NCBI GenBank assembly: GCA_029715105.1
Contig: CP085695.1
Coordinates: 240,001-272,000 of the forward strand
Origin: Candidatus Saccharimonadota bacterium
Lineage (GTDB): Bacteria > Pseudomonadota > Alphaproteobacteria > Rickettsiales > Anaplasmataceae
Direction of reading: 5' to 3'
DNA: 32,000 nt
Of this stretch, positions 19,308 through 30,222 are shown one piece after another (the stretch's first letter is position 1; every line of letters begins with the position of its first letter). Below the pieces are notes generated by a model that was not told the origin of the DNA, ran no database searches, and saw only the letters and a program-made list of their open reading frames with translations. The translations under genes were made by a program, and so were the position numbers.

Positions 19308-19892
19308 TTAATTTGTGTGGTGATCCCAATAGGAGGACCATTTAATCGAACAACCAATACTTGGTTTTTGATTAGTCGGAGAATTGCCAGTTTTTGCAAT
19401 ATATTTTACAGCTTGAAATAAATCACTACTTCCACTTTTATATTTTTGAGTTTTTTCTTTTTTTATTTCGTTGAACCGTCCACGATAGCGGAGTTTTAAA
19501 TCAGAATTAAAGCCAAAGAAATCAGGGGTGCAGACAGCGCCGTACTCTTTTGCTATTTTTTGTGTACTATCAATTAAATATGGAAATGTGAATTTATACC
19601 TTTTTGCAAAGATAATCATTTCTTGGAAAGAATCTTCTGGGTATTCATTTGTATCATTAGGCATTATTGCAACAGCACCTATTTGATAATTTATTTTCAA
19701 TAAATTAATATCGTTTACTAAATCTTCAATGATTGATTGAACATAAGGGCAGTGATTACATATAAACATTACAATGAGTCCATTTTTTTCGCGACAGTTA
19801 TCCAATGTATAAAACTTATTATCTACACATAAGAGATTAAAATCTTTAGCAATAAAGCCAAAATCTCCTTTTGGAGTGTTTAGTGCAACCAT
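19308..19892 (-). CDS. Thioredoxin-fold redoxin (AhpC/TSA-like thioredoxin family protein, CxxC)
   Basis: 194 aa. Family-typical blocks LIVMFICNHCPYV, FTFPYLIDSTQKIAKEYGAVCTPDFFGF, and C-terminal KPSIGCSIKW. Confidence 0.8.
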   Translation of the reverse strand: MVALNTPKGDFGFIAKDFNLLCVDNKFYTLDNCREKNGLIVMFICNHCPYVQSIIEDLVNDINLLKINYQIGAVAIMPNDTNEYPEDSFQEMIIFAKRYKFTFPYLIDSTQKIAKEYGAVCTPDFFGFNSDLKLRYRGRFNEIKKEKTQKYKSGSSDLFQAVKYIAKTGNSPTNQKPSIGCSIKWSSYWDHHTN

Positions 19893-20027
19893 ATTTCCAC
19901 AGAGAATTGCATATCATGCTAACGCATAGTACTATTGTAGTATACAAATGTCAAATATTTCTTAAAATATATTTTTATATTGCTATTTTAGTTTTATATT
20001 ATTTTTAGGATTTCGATTAGGAAATTT

Positions 20028-20645
20028 GTGTTTATTACCTTTGAAGGAGTAGACGGTTCTGGTAAGACAACGCAATCCGAATTGCTTGTGAACTATTTTA
20101 AGAAAATTCGAGGTGAAAATAGTGTAATATTGACACGAGAGCCTGGTGGTACTCCTCTTGCGGAGAGAGTGAGACAGATATTGCTTAGAGGAGATGATGA
20201 TATTGATTCTATCTCTGAACTTTTGTTGTTTATTTCAGTGAGATATGAACATGTAAAAAAAGTAATATTGCCAGCTTTAAAAGAAGGGAAAATAGTGGTT
20301 TGTGATCGATTTATTGATTCAACTATCGCATATCAAGGATATGGACTTGGAGTTGATTTATGGTTAATAGAAAATCTTCATAAATTAGTAAAAATTAGAT
20401 ATCCAGATATTACGTTTATTTTAGATATTGATGTTCAAATTGGATTAGGTAGAGTAAAAAATAGAAATAAATATGAGAAGATGAATATAAATTTTTTTAA
20501 TAAAGTTCGAAGAGGGTTTCAAGAAATAGCGGTAAGGGAGCGTTATAGGTGCAATATTATTGCTGAAATTGAAACTAAGGATAGCAATCAAGTATATAGT
20601 AAGATTGTTAATAGAGTCGCTGATATTATTAATGTTGTAAGATGA
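20028..20645 (+). CDS. tmk: Thymidylate kinase
   Basis: 205 aa with a GTG start. P-loop FITFEGVDGSGKTTQ, TREPGGT, DRFIDSTIAYQG. Confidence 0.9.
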   Translation: MFITFEGVDGSGKTTQSELLVNYFKKIRGENSVILTREPGGTPLAERVRQILLRGDDDIDSISELLLFISVRYEHVKKVILPALKEGKIVVCDRFIDSTIAYQGYGLGVDLWLIENLHKLVKIRYPDITFILDIDVQIGLGRVKNRNKYEKMNINFFNKVRRGFQEIAVRERYRCNIIAEIETKDSNQVYSKIVNRVADIINVVR

Positions 20646-21126
20646 AATTGTTTGCTTTTAAGGTAAAAGGATATAAAAATTTGTGAGTATTTAAGGTGTT
20701 TTGTTATATTTTAGTTAATTGATAAAGGAAATTATATATATTCTATAAGAATATAGAAAGAATTTGATTATTGAATCATTTTACACAAGTAATAAAGAGA
20801 TTGTTTTATTTTGGACCACATATCTTACTCCTTTTATTATATTTAGTAAGATTAAAGCCCTTAAGAGGTTAAGAAGTTTTATATTATTTTATTTTAAAAT
20901 CTGATATAGCAATATTATGTTGTGGATAACAAAGGGAAGTATTTATTATATATATTCCTGGATTTTATGGGTTTAGAGCTAATTTTTAGTAAGATATAAA
21001 AACTTTTACTGCGAGCCGGTTATCAAATGAAGTAATATGGCGAAAATATCTGTTGAAAATAATATATATTTAAGAGTATAGAGAGTTGAGTGCGATGGGT
21101 AAAAATAGATGAAAACTTTTAAAGTT

Positions 21127-22542
21127 TTATTTTAAATGGATAGCTTCTTGTAATCTTTTTATGCACTCATCCTTGCCAAGGATTACTATTATGTCAATGA
21201 TTCCAGGGGCATCCATTGTGCCAGTTATTGGAGCACGTAATGATTCATAAGTATCGCTTATTTTTATATTATTTAATATCGTAAACTTTTTAAGTTGTGA
21301 TAATAGAAAATTCTTATTCCAGTTTTTATCATTGATATCCGAGAGAGACAATATAAGAAGTCTAATTATATTAAGATTAGATTTTATGATTTGTTTGGCT
21401 TTTTCATTTAGGTAAAATGGTGGATCTTTAATATAGAACTGTGCTAAATTTAGTAGTTCAGTTAGATAGTTAGCTCTTTTTTTTAATTCTGTTAATCCCT
21501 GTAGGAGGTAATTCTTTTTTTTTTCAGTTAAAATATCTTTTAAAGAATTATTTTTGAGAAGTATTAGACGTAAAATATCTATATTGCTCATATTATTGAT
21601 ATAGTAGTTATTTAAGTGTCTTAGCTTTTTAAAATCAAGACGAGCAGGTGAACGACCAATATTTTTCAAGTTAAACCATTTTATTGCTTGTTCATCTTTA
21701 ATAATTTCGTTGTTACCATGGCTCCATCCAAGTCTAAGTAGATAATTGCGTATAGCTTGGGGTAATATTCCTATATTTTCATAATCACAAATGTTTGTAA
21801 CATTGTTTCTTTTGGATAGTTTGTTTCCATCTTCTCCATGGATTAGAGGTATATGTGCAAAACGAGGGATATTGAAACCAAGAGCTTGATATATTAATAA
21901 TTGTTTAAAGGTATTTGTAAGGTGATCAGAACCGCGTATTATGTCAGTTATTTTATCGTCATGGTCATCAACTACTGTAGCAAATATATGTATTGGAGTT
22001 CTATCAGAACGTAAAATTATCATATCGTCAAATTGTTCACTGTTTGTTTTAATTTTGCCGTATATTCTATCATTAACAGTGATATTTTGTGAATCTGGTG
22101 TTTTAAAGCGAACAACTGGTTTTATATCTAGTGCTGTAGTACTATTAATATTAGTAGTAGTACATTTATGTTTGTATATTTTTCTATTTTCTCTTGCCTT
22201 TATTTTTTCTATTAGAACCATATCTTTATGACAATAACAGTAATATGCTTTGCCCTTTTCGATTAGAAGGTTTATAATTTCAATATGTCTTTTTATTCTT
22301 TTTGATTGATATATTATTTCTCCGTCATGATTTATGCCAAGCCATTTTAGTCCCTTTATTATTGCGTTAATTGCTTTTTGTGTTGAACGTTTTTTATCTG
22401 TATCTTCGATCCTTAATAAGAATTTTCCACAATAGTGTTTTGCATACAACCAATTAAATAAGGCAGTACGAGCTCCACCGATATGTAGTGGACCAGTTGG
22501 TGACGGTGCAAACCTGGTAGTTACAACAGCATTCGATGACAT
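21127..22542 (-). CDS. gltX: Glutamyl-tRNA synthetase
   Basis: 471 aa. RFAPSPTGPLHIGGARTALFN (HIGH motif), RIEDTD, KLSKR (KMSKS motif). Confidence 0.93.
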   Translation of the reverse strand: MSSNAVVTTRFAPSPTGPLHIGGARTALFNWLYAKHYCGKFLLRIEDTDKKRSTQKAINAIIKGLKWLGINHDGEIIYQSKRIKRHIEIINLLIEKGKAYYCYCHKDMVLIEKIKARENRKIYKHKCTTTNINSTTALDIKPVVRFKTPDSQNITVNDRIYGKIKTNSEQFDDMIILRSDRTPIHIFATVVDDHDDKITDIIRGSDHLTNTFKQLLIYQALGFNIPRFAHIPLIHGEDGNKLSKRNNVTNICDYENIGILPQAIRNYLLRLGWSHGNNEIIKDEQAIKWFNLKNIGRSPARLDFKKLRHLNNYYINNMSNIDILRLILLKNNSLKDILTEKKKNYLLQGLTELKKRANYLTELLNLAQFYIKDPPFYLNEKAKQIIKSNLNIIRLLILSLSDINDKNWNKNFLLSQLKKFTILNNIKISDTYESLRAPITGTMDAPGIIDIIVILGKDECIKRLQEAIHLK

Positions 22543-23099
22543 AATGTCGAGATCATATATGTATTACTTACAATATTTAAAGGTTAATTACCAGTAAAAG
22601 ATTTCTTCATTGTTATATATACAAATTGTTAGTTAAGAAAATATAGGATTTCTCAATGGGAGATTTTAATCAATTAAAAGAAAAGGTAAAGATGATAAAT
22701 TTATATTACAAAGAGAATGGCTTTATAAGCTTTATGTAAAAAATGTAAAATCTTATTCTGTTTTATTTCAGAAGTATTTGGAATATGTAACGTGGATAGA
22801 ATTTTGTAGTTTCTTCTAAAGGAGTGGGGAGAGATTGTTTTCTTCAGGGAGGATTACAATAAGCTAAAATAGAAAGTATACAGCGTAGAAAAAGGTAGAG
22901 AGACGGAAAATCTACTTTTTATAATTTTCTTTATATATTTTATTTATTTGTATTTATTTTAATGTAGTATCTTTGTGTTGTAAAAAGAGGATTTTGTTAA
23001 AATTTTTTTAAAATTTTTCTTTGGGAAGTTTACTTTTTAATTATATAGTATGTGTTATATGTGTATAAAGTAGGAATTTTTGTAGATAATAATAAATAT

Positions 23100-23124
23100 A
23101 ATATAGAAATATTCTTTCTATATT
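23100..23124. promoter_or_regulatory. 10-bp perfect inverted repeat AATATAGAAA-tattc-TTTCTATATT, 32-56 nt upstream of the pccA start
   Basis: Read directly. AT-only arms except one G/C pair, so chance occurrence is plausible. Confidence 0.2.
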
Positions 23125-23155
23125 CGTTAAAAGGTTTCTTTAGAGGAAGTTCATT

Positions 23156-25150
23156 TTGTGTGATAAAAATAAAGAAAAAAAATACAGTAAGATTTTAATA
23201 GCAAATAGGGGGGAGATTGCTTGTAGAATTATTAGAACTGCCCATAAAATGGGCATATCTTGTGTAGGTATATATTCAGATGTAGATGTAAATTCTGTGC
23301 ATGTGAGAGAATCGGATGAATCAAGATATATTGGTTCTTCATCAGCTAATCTTAGTTATTTGAATATTGAAAAAATATGCGAAGTAGCAGTTGAAACTGG
23401 TGTGGATGCAGTTCATCCTGGTTATGGTTTCTTAGCAGAAAATCCTGGCTTTCCTCGCACCTTGCAAAAATATAATATAGATTTTATTGGTCCAAGTGCA
23501 GAGACGATAGAGGTTACAGCTAATAAAGTAATGGCAAAAGAATTTGCAAAAAAGGCTGGAGTAAATGTAGTACCAGGATATATGGGGAAAATAAAAGATG
23601 TAGTTCATGCTTCTAATATTGCCGAAGAGATTGGTTTTCCTGTTATACTGAAAGCAGTATCAGGTGGCGGTGGTAGAGGGATGCGAATTATAAATTCTAA
23701 AAGAGAAATTGAACTAGGATTTATATCGGCAATAAATGAAGCAGAGAAAAATTTTAAAGACGGTAGTATCTTTATGGAAAGATATATAGAGTTACCTAGA
23801 CATATTGAAATACAAATTATAGCAGATAAATATGGTAATGTAGTTTGTCTTGGAGAGAGAGAATGTTCAATACAAAGGAATAATCAGAAGATAATAGAAG
23901 AAGCACCAAGTCCGTTTATCAGTAAAGATATAAGGCAAGAAATGTATACACAATGTGTTTCATTAGCAAAATTAGTTGGTTACTTTTCAGCAGGAACTAT
24001 TGAGTTTATTGTAGATCAGAATCAAAATTTTTATTTTATAGAGATAAATACTAGATTGCAAGTTGAGCATGCAGTAACAGAGTTTGTAACTGGAATAGAT
24101 ATAGTAGAAGAAATGATTAGAACATCTTGTGGAGAGAAATTAAGATTTGATCAAACTGATATTAGTCTTTCTGGCTCTGCAATAGAAAGCAGAATTTGTG
24201 CTGAAGATCCTTCAAAGAAATTTTATCCTTCTGCGGGAAGGATAAAATATTATAGTAAACCGAATGAAAATGACTTTGTCAGAATAGATGATGGAATCAT
24301 TTCAGGCTCTGAGATCAGTGTGTTATACGATTCTATGATAGTAAAAGTGATAACATATGGGAAAGATAGAATAGAGGCAATAAGTAGAATGCAAAAAGCT
24401 TTATCTGAATGTTATATAGTTGGAGTAATAAATAATATAGACTTTTTAGAATCTATTTTTTATCATCCAAATTTTGTTGCGGCAAAACTCAATACGAGAT
24501 TCATTCCGGATTATTATCCAAATGGGTTTCATGGTGATTTTCTTACAGAAGAGTACATTAAGATATTTATTTTTACTGCATTATATGTTCATTTAGAAAA
24601 CAAAGAAAAATATTATAGTAAATTACTAATAGACGAAATACTTATAGTAAAAATAAATGATAATAAGTATTATGTCAATGCAAAATATGAGGATAATATG
24701 TTAGTAACAATATATAATCACGATACGTACTTTATATCAGGTATATGGAAATCGTATTATGGTTTGCTTTGTATTATGATCAATAATGATATTGATGTAA
24801 CACTTAAGGTAGAAAAACAAGGTAGTAAATATTTTATAAGGCATGCTGGAATGCAAGCAGAGTGTTTTGTATTTAAACCTTATGTAGCTAGATTAAGCGA
24901 GTTGATGTTAAATAATGAAACAGATGTAATTTCAGTGGATGTAGTAAGATCTCCAATGTCTGGTTTATTGGTTAAATTACATATAAAAGTTGGAGATCGG
25001 ATAAAAATAGGACAACCCTTGTTTGTTATAGAGGCGATGAAAATGGAGAATATTATATGTGCTGAGTCAGAAATGATTATAAAAAATATTTTAGTTCAAG
25101 AAGGAAAAAATGTACAAGTTGGTGATGTAATACTAAGTTTAAATTTTTAA
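23156..25150 (+). CDS. pccA: Biotin-dependent acyl-CoA carboxylase alpha subunit (biotin carboxylase + BCCP fusion; propionyl-CoA carboxylase alpha type)
   Basis: 664 aa. TTG start preceded by [28 protein letters not shown]-grasp [18 protein letters not shown], and a C-terminal biotinyl domain with EAMKMEN. Confidence 0.85.
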   Translation: MCDKNKEKKYSKILIANRGEIACRIIRTAHKMGISCVGIYSDVDVNSVHVRESDESRYIGSSSANLSYLNIEKICEVAVETGVDAVHPGYGFLAENPGFPRTLQKYNIDFIGPSAETIEVTANKVMAKEFAKKAGVNVVPGYMGKIKDVVHASNIAEEIGFPVILKAVSGGGGRGMRIINSKREIELGFISAINEAEKNFKDGSIFMERYIELPRHIEIQIIADKYGNVVCLGERECSIQRNNQKIIEEAPSPFISKDIRQEMYTQCVSLAKLVGYFSAGTIEFIVDQNQNFYFIEINTRLQVEHAVTEFVTGIDIVEEMIRTSCGEKLRFDQTDISLSGSAIESRICAEDPSKKFYPSAGRIKYYSKPNENDFVRIDDGIISGSEISVLYDSMIVKVITYGKDRIEAISRMQKALSECYIVGVINNIDFLESIFYHPNFVAAKLNTRFIPDYYPNGFHGDFLTEEYIKIFIFTALYVHLENKEKYYSKLLIDEILIVKINDNKYYVNAKYEDNMLVTIYNHDTYFISGIWKSYYGLLCIMINNDIDVTLKVEKQGSKYFIRHAGMQAECFVFKPYVARLSELMLNNETDVISVDVVRSPMSGLLVKLHIKVGDRIKIGQPLFVIEAMKMENIICAESEMIIKNILVQEGKNVQVGDVILSLNF

Positions 25151-26140
25151 ACAGTATAGAAAGTATAAAACTGACCCAAATAAGATAAATGAAAACACTT
25201 GGTGAACTACAGCAATAGTTACTGGTATGTGTAATAATAAGGTGGTTATTCCTAAGGTTATTTGAGTTAACGTGCAGAATAGCACAACGTATGTTGTTTT
25301 TACGTTTATATTTTTTATTGTAAGTATTACTATTAAGATTAATATTAATAATGCAAGCATTCGATGTATGAATTGTATTGTTGTTCTGTTTTCAAAGATA
25401 TTTAAAAATACAGGTTCTAAAAAAAACAAGTCACTTGGGATAATATGTCCATTCATCAGCGGGAAAGTATTGTAAATTGAACCAGCATTTAACCCTGCAA
25501 CAAATGCTCCAAAAATTGTTTGTATCACAATTAAAACTAAGATTGTTCTTACAAGATTTATGGTACTTTTATTACTTTTAATAGAAAACTCAGTTTTTTT
25601 AAGTTCATAATCAAAAAATTGGGTTAATAATAATGTAAAGATGGTGAATGCTAATAGTAAGTGAAGTGCAAGTTTATAGTGACTAACGTGAGGTTCAATT
25701 ATTAAACCACTTTTTACCATATACCAACCAGTAATGCTTTGTAATAATCCTATTAATAGTGTAATAGATAATTTTATAATCGTATTTTTAAATATTTTTC
25801 TTTTTAATATAAAATATATAAACGGTACAATAAATACTAAGCCTGTTAGTCTTGCAATTAGTCTGTGCATATATTCTATTAGATATAGAGTTTTGAACTC
25901 TTTCATGTTCATTCCGTAATTGAATATTTTATGTTCAGGAGTAGCTTCATATTTAAGCTTTTCTTGTAACCAGTTTTGTTCATTCAATGGGGGTAATATT
26001 CCAGTAATTGGATTCCATTCTGTGATAGATAATCCAGCTTTTGAAAGTCTGGTAAACCCGCCAATTCCCACTGTAAAGATTACCATGATGGAGCAGAGAA
26101 AAAGCCAAATAGATATGTATTTTGATTGCTTTTGTTTCAT
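25139..26140 (-). CDS. ctaA: Heme A synthase (COX15/CtaA)
   Basis: 333 aa polytopic membrane protein. [16 protein letters not shown], and His-bearing helices [10 protein letters not shown] and [10 protein letters not shown]. Its 3' end overlaps pccA convergently by 12 nt. Confidence 0.8.
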   Translation of the reverse strand: MKQKQSKYISIWLFLCSIMVIFTVGIGGFTRLSKAGLSITEWNPITGILPPLNEQNWLQEKLKYEATPEHKIFNYGMNMKEFKTLYLIEYMHRLIARLTGLVFIVPFIYFILKRKIFKNTIIKLSITLLIGLLQSITGWYMVKSGLIIEPHVSHYKLALHLLLAFTIFTLLLTQFFDYELKKTEFSIKSNKSTINLVRTILVLIVIQTIFGAFVAGLNAGSIYNTFPLMNGHIIPSDLFFLEPVFLNIFENRTTIQFIHRMLALLILILIVILTIKNINVKTTYVVLFCTLTQITLGITTLLLHIPVTIAVVHQVFSFILFGSVLYFLYCLKI

Positions 26141-26310
26141 AGATTATATTAAAATTAATACCTTAAATATATGATGATATAATAAATAAATTTTAATAAA
26201 GAGTTTTATTTTATAAAGTTAAATTATATTAATTATCATATTAGGTGATTGGAAGTCCATAAAGTAAACTAGAGATAGATGGGGTAAAATAAAAAAAGTA
26301 AGTGAAAGTG

Positions 26311-26319
26311 CCCCCCCCC
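26311..26319. repeat. C9 homopolymer tract in the atpF-ctaA spacer
   Basis: Nine consecutive C counted at 26311-26319, running into the palindrome CCCTT-tat-AAGGG (26317-26329). Confidence 0.9.
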
Positions 26320-26530
26320 TTTATAAGGGAGTGTTATTGGGAATAATGACATCCAATTTGAGTTGATTTTGTTATCAAATGAAGATGTGGTAAAATAGCA
26401 ACTTATTAAATATTTATAGATTAAGTTTATATAAAAATATAGAAAGATTGGAGTTCTATTAAAACTTTTATTTTAAGTTAAATTAACTTGATTTTAATGT
26501 TGTTAATTCCAAAGTTTTAATAAATATAGT

Positions 26531-27010
26531 TCATTTATGGAATCTTTTATCTAAGTTATGCGAAAGTGAAGATATAATTTTGCTGTTATATTTATAACTT
26601 TTATGTTTCTGCACTATTTTTTTTATAGCATCAGCTGCTATATTTGCAGTATCAGCTTGTAAGGCTACAATAGCTTTTTTAACTTGATCAGTAACATTTT
26701 TCAAATGAAAATGATTACTGTTGTCTAGTGTTTGAGCAAGCTGCTGCTTACTATGTTCAACGATGTCATTTGCCTTATCGATAGCTTCACTTACTATTTT
26801 ATTAACCTCTATGTCTAATTTTTTATATTTTTCAGAAAATTTTATGTAATATTTTAATACATCCATTCTGAATTTTTCAACCTCTTCATTCATAGTTTTA
26901 TTTTTATTACATTTATTGTCGAGAGCAACTTTTATTATTTTATTTAATAACTTAAATGAGAAGATGAAGCACATAAAGAAGGCAGCACTGACAATCAAGG
27001 ATGCAGACAT
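26531..27010 (-). CDS. atpF: F0F1 ATP synthase subunit b
   Basis: 159 aa. One N-terminal TM followed by a long charged coiled-coil-like helix. Last gene of the atpB-atpE-b'-b cluster. Confidence 0.75.
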   Translation of the reverse strand: MSASLIVSAAFFMCFIFSFKLLNKIIKVALDNKCNKNKTMNEEVEKFRMDVLKYYIKFSEKYKKLDIEVNKIVSEAIDKANDIVEHSKQQLAQTLDNSNHFHLKNVTDQVKKAIVALQADTANIAADAIKKIVQKHKSYKYNSKIISSLSHNLDKRFHK

Positions 27011-27021
27011 AAAATTCCCTC

Positions 27022-27501
27022 CTAAATTTTTTTAGATATCAAATCAGAAACAAATTCTCTCTTAATTTCACAATTGGTTAATTTATTATAGTAAATTAAA
27101 GCAATATCAGTAGACATTTGTTCTAGTTCATTGGCAAATTTGGATTTAAATTTTTTTATTTCATTTTTAATAAGTTTATCTGTTTCTTTATCTTTTTTTT
27201 TTAATATGTTTTTCACATCTATTTCCATTTCTTTTATTTGAACGAGCGCATTATTTATAATATCTTTTGTTTGAGTTCTAGTTTCATTTAGGACTTTATT
27301 ATATCTGACAGTTTGATCTTCTATAATCTTTAAAAGGTAAACTGCGCTGTTAAAAGTGAAAAGCATCTTCTTGCTTCTAATACTTATTATTTCATCTAAC
27401 TTTGGCATAAAAAGATAACTTATTACAAAGTAAAGCAATGAGAAGAAGATTAATAACCAAAAAACTTGGGAAAAAAAAGTCGAAATATCAAGTTGTGGCA
27501 T
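27022..27501 (-). CDS. F0F1 ATP synthase subunit b'
   Basis: 159 aa. N-terminus MPQLDISTFFSQVFWLLIFFSLLYF is typical of alphaproteobacterial b/b' subunits. The position directly after atpE matches the alphaproteobacterial F0 operon order. Confidence 0.75.
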   Translation of the reverse strand: MPQLDISTFFSQVFWLLIFFSLLYFVISYLFMPKLDEIISIRSKKMLFTFNSAVYLLKIIEDQTVRYNKVLNETRTQTKDIINNALVQIKEMEIDVKNILKKKDKETDKLIKNEIKKFKSKFANELEQMSTDIALIYYNKLTNCEIKREFVSDLISKKI

Positions 27502-27516
27502 ATTTTAAACAACAAA

Positions 27517-27744
27517 CTAGACAACAAATATTAATAACAACGCTAGTAGAAATGCAAACAATCCCATTGCCTCTACCAAAGCTGCTCCAGTATAAACATA
27601 TTTTTTCATTTTATCATCTGATTCTGGATTTCTTGCAAGTCCATTTAACATAGTAGAGAATATATTAGCTACACCAAGACCTGCTCCTAGCATCCCAAGC
27701 ACACTTAAGCCAATTGCTATAAATTTTAAAGCTGCTAAGTCCAT
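27517..27744 (-). CDS. atpE: F0F1 ATP synthase subunit c
   Basis: 75 aa two-helix hairpin. Polar loop GLARNPE and carboxylate in ALVEAMGLFAF. Confidence 0.9.
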   Translation of the reverse strand: MDLAALKFIAIGLSVLGMLGAGLGVANIFSTMLNGLARNPESDDKMKKYVYTGAALVEAMGLFAFLLALLLIFVV

Positions 27745-27806
27745 ATATTTACCTTATCTTTACGTTCCTATAAAAAATATATAGTAATTTGTAAACACAA
27801 AGTCAA

Positions 27807-28538
27807 TCATTTTACTGCATCCGATAAGTATACACATGTTAGAGAAGTAAATATGTAAGCCTGTAGGATTGCAATAAATATTTCAAATCCTATTAGAGTG
27901 ATTATAAATAGAAACGGTATAGGCGTTAAAACTATATGTATATTCATAATAAATCCAGCTATCACTTTAATGATTGTGTGACCAGCGATCATATTTGCTG
28001 TAAGTCTTATCGATAAACTTATAGGTCTTGCTAGATAGGCAAATAACTTAATAAGAATCATCATAGGTGCAAGCCATAATGGAGTGTGCTCTGGTAATAA
28101 TATTGTACACAAAAATTTCGTTCCCTTTTCTTTAAATCCAATAATTGTTATATAAACAAAGACTATTATTGATAGAGTAAAAGTAACTATTATATGACTT
28201 GTAACTGAAAAACTATAAGGGAAAATTCCTATTAAGTTACATGATAAAATAAAAACAAATATTGTAAATATTAAGGAAATGTGTTTTAAGCCTTTGCTTC
28301 CAACATTATTTTCTATTATTGAAATAATAAAGTCATATAAGTATTCAACTGCAGCCTGTAAATACTCTTCCAGTATTACTGATTTTTTCTTTATTCCAAA
28401 TAATAAAAAAAACACAGATGATAATATTGAAATCATCATAAAAAGAGATGAGTTAGTGAAATTTATATTGTATCCTAGTAGTTTTGGTAGTTCTATCAAT
28501 GTATATATTTTGAATTGTTCTAATGGATTTAATATCAT
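27807..28538 (-). CDS. atpB: F0F1 ATP synthase subunit a
   Basis: 243 aa polytopic protein. Conserved [17 protein letters not shown] (essential Arg) and [15 protein letters not shown]. Confidence 0.9.
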   Translation of the reverse strand: MILNPLEQFKIYTLIELPKLLGYNINFTNSSLFMMISILSSVFFLLFGIKKKSVILEEYLQAAVEYLYDFIISIIENNVGSKGLKHISLIFTIFVFILSCNLIGIFPYSFSVTSHIIVTFTLSIIVFVYITIIGFKEKGTKFLCTILLPEHTPLWLAPMMILIKLFAYLARPISLSIRLTANMIAGHTIIKVIAGFIMNIHIVLTPIPFLFIITLIGFEIFIAILQAYIFTSLTCVYLSDAVK

Positions 28539-29156
28539 ATTGGTATATCTTAACTAAGAATTCAGAATTTAATAGTAATCAAAGTTTTATATAAAATAAA
28601 GCTGATAATTATGATAATATAGATTTTGATACAAGATTTCTTTTTGAACATAATTATTTCATTTGTTTAAAGGTTAAGTTTATATGATGTTATAAGATAA
28701 ATTCTTGTTTTATTGAAAATTTCGTGTTAAATTATTACTTAATTTTGAGAGAATTTATTTTAATAAATAATTCCTAATAGATAAATAGAAGTATTTTGAA
28801 TATAAAAGATGCGGAAACTTTGTTGTTATTATTTTGTATGGTTTCTACGTTAGAATAAGGATTTGTTTCGATCATTTTTTATTGTTTGTGGTTACTTAAA
28901 CAATATAGTATAGTGAGCAATAAATATGCACAAATTTTCATAATTTTTTGCATGAGATAGATTTTCATACATACTAACGTATGTACTAAGTTTAGTAGTA
29001 GTGGGGGAGTAAATTAGTATCAATAAAATGTGTAAATTTATGAGCGATTATTTGAAATATGAAGTATCTAAGTCTGGACTAAACCTCTATTTAACTTTCA
29101 TGATTTGTTATGGTTTATTATTGTTTTTAATTATATATAATATTTTATATTCCAAT

Positions 29157-30014
29157 TTAATTTGGGTTAGCTTTTTTTATAAAACTGTTTTGAGAGTTTT
29201 GTAAAATGTTTGCTAACAAGCAAAATTGTTCAATAGTTAGATTTTCTGGGCGTTCATTTCCACTTAGTTTGATTTTTTCGAGAACAGTTTCAGTATGATC
29301 TGTTAGCTTTCGCAAGATATTTCTTATCATTTTTCTTCTTTGAGAAAAAATAATGTGGGTTATTTCAGCTAAGGTTTTTAGATTTACTGTAAACCTTTGA
29401 ATAGGTAAAGGTTTCACTGTAATTACTGAAGAATATACTTTTGGTATTGGATAAAATTTATCAGGTTCAACATCAAATTCTTTTTTTATATTGCATAATA
29501 ATTGGCTTAATATTGATAGAGAACCATAGTTTTTGGAATTAGGTTTTGCTACGATGCGATCTGCCACTTCTCTTTGAAACATTAATGTTAAATTTGTAAA
29601 ATATTTTATATTATTTAACCATTTTAAAAATAAAGCCACTGAAATGTTATAAGGTAGATTAGCGATAATTTTGACTGGACGTTTTATTAATTTTTCTTCC
29701 ATAACAGATAATGCATCTGCTTTTATAATTTTGAAGTTTTTGTGTTGTTTATATTGTTTGTTTTTTAATAAGTTATTACAATATTTTACTAAACTACCAT
29801 CTTTTTCTATAGCAAGTAAAGATTTTGGATTATGTGTTAAAATTTCATTTGTTAGTAAACCATGTCCAGGACCAATTTCAATAACGTTGAAGTTTCTTAG
29901 GTTACCGGCTAAAACTACCATTTTTTTTGTTATTTTATTCGATAAAATAAAGTTTTGTCCTAGGTTTTTTTGCGGTTTTAATAAAAAAAAGTTTTTCATA
30001 CTTACTATATCCAT
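29157..30014 (-). CDS. rsmA: 16S rRNA (adenine1518/1519-N6)-dimethyltransferase RsmA/KsgA
   Basis: 285 aa. LGQNFL, SAM motif VIEIGPGHGLLT, ANLPYNIS, FYPIPKVYSSV. Confidence 0.9.
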   Translation of the reverse strand: MDIVSMKNFFLLKPQKNLGQNFILSNKITKKMVVLAGNLRNFNVIEIGPGHGLLTNEILTHNPKSLLAIEKDGSLVKYCNNLLKNKQYKQHKNFKIIKADALSVMEEKLIKRPVKIIANLPYNISVALFLKWLNNIKYFTNLTLMFQREVADRIVAKPNSKNYGSLSILSQLLCNIKKEFDVEPDKFYPIPKVYSSVITVKPLPIQRFTVNLKTLAEITHIIFSQRRKMIRNILRKLTDHTETVLEKIKLSGNERPENLTIEQFCLLANILQNSQNSFIKKANPN

Positions 30015-30128
30015 GTTATATGAAATTTTAAATTATGTAAAATTTTAAATTTGAAAATCAGTTGACGAAGATTCGTTTAATATCATAATACAATGAGAAA
30101 TTGTATCATAACATAAACATGTAATGAT

Positions 30129-30201
<73 letters not shown>

Positions 30202-30222
30202 CTTTTATGGGTGAAACCGAGG

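Noticed and set aside
21113-21129. AT-only palindromes at gene ends (AAAACTT-tta-AAGTTTT over the gltX stop; TTTAAAAgTTTTAAA at 5023-5037; TTTGTA-gtt-TACAAA at 30937-30951 after tpiA)
   Set aside because: The stems contain at most one G-C pair each and lack proper U-tails. They are not credible as intrinsic terminators and are common by chance here.
26248-26357. Possible structured RNA: GGAAGTCC resembling the RNase P CR-I box, with ATTGGA...TCCAAT long-range pairing around the C9 hairpin
   Set aside because: It lacks the rest of the RNase P core (GGGCUCC, ACAGAAnCCGGCUUA) and is far too AT-rich. No SRP-RNA GGAA-tetraloop domain is present either.
28603-28619. Fur-box-like GATAATTATGATAATAT upstream of atpB
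   Set aside because: GATAAT hexamers are expected by chance in this composition. There is no dyad symmetry matching the 19-bp Fur consensus and no rationale for iron control of the F0 operon.
29028-29204. 58-codon + strand ORF with a TM-like segment, overlapping the rsmA 3' end
   Set aside because: F/L/I/Y-rich as expected from AT-rich DNA. It overlaps a real gene convergently by 48 nt, and nothing supports it.
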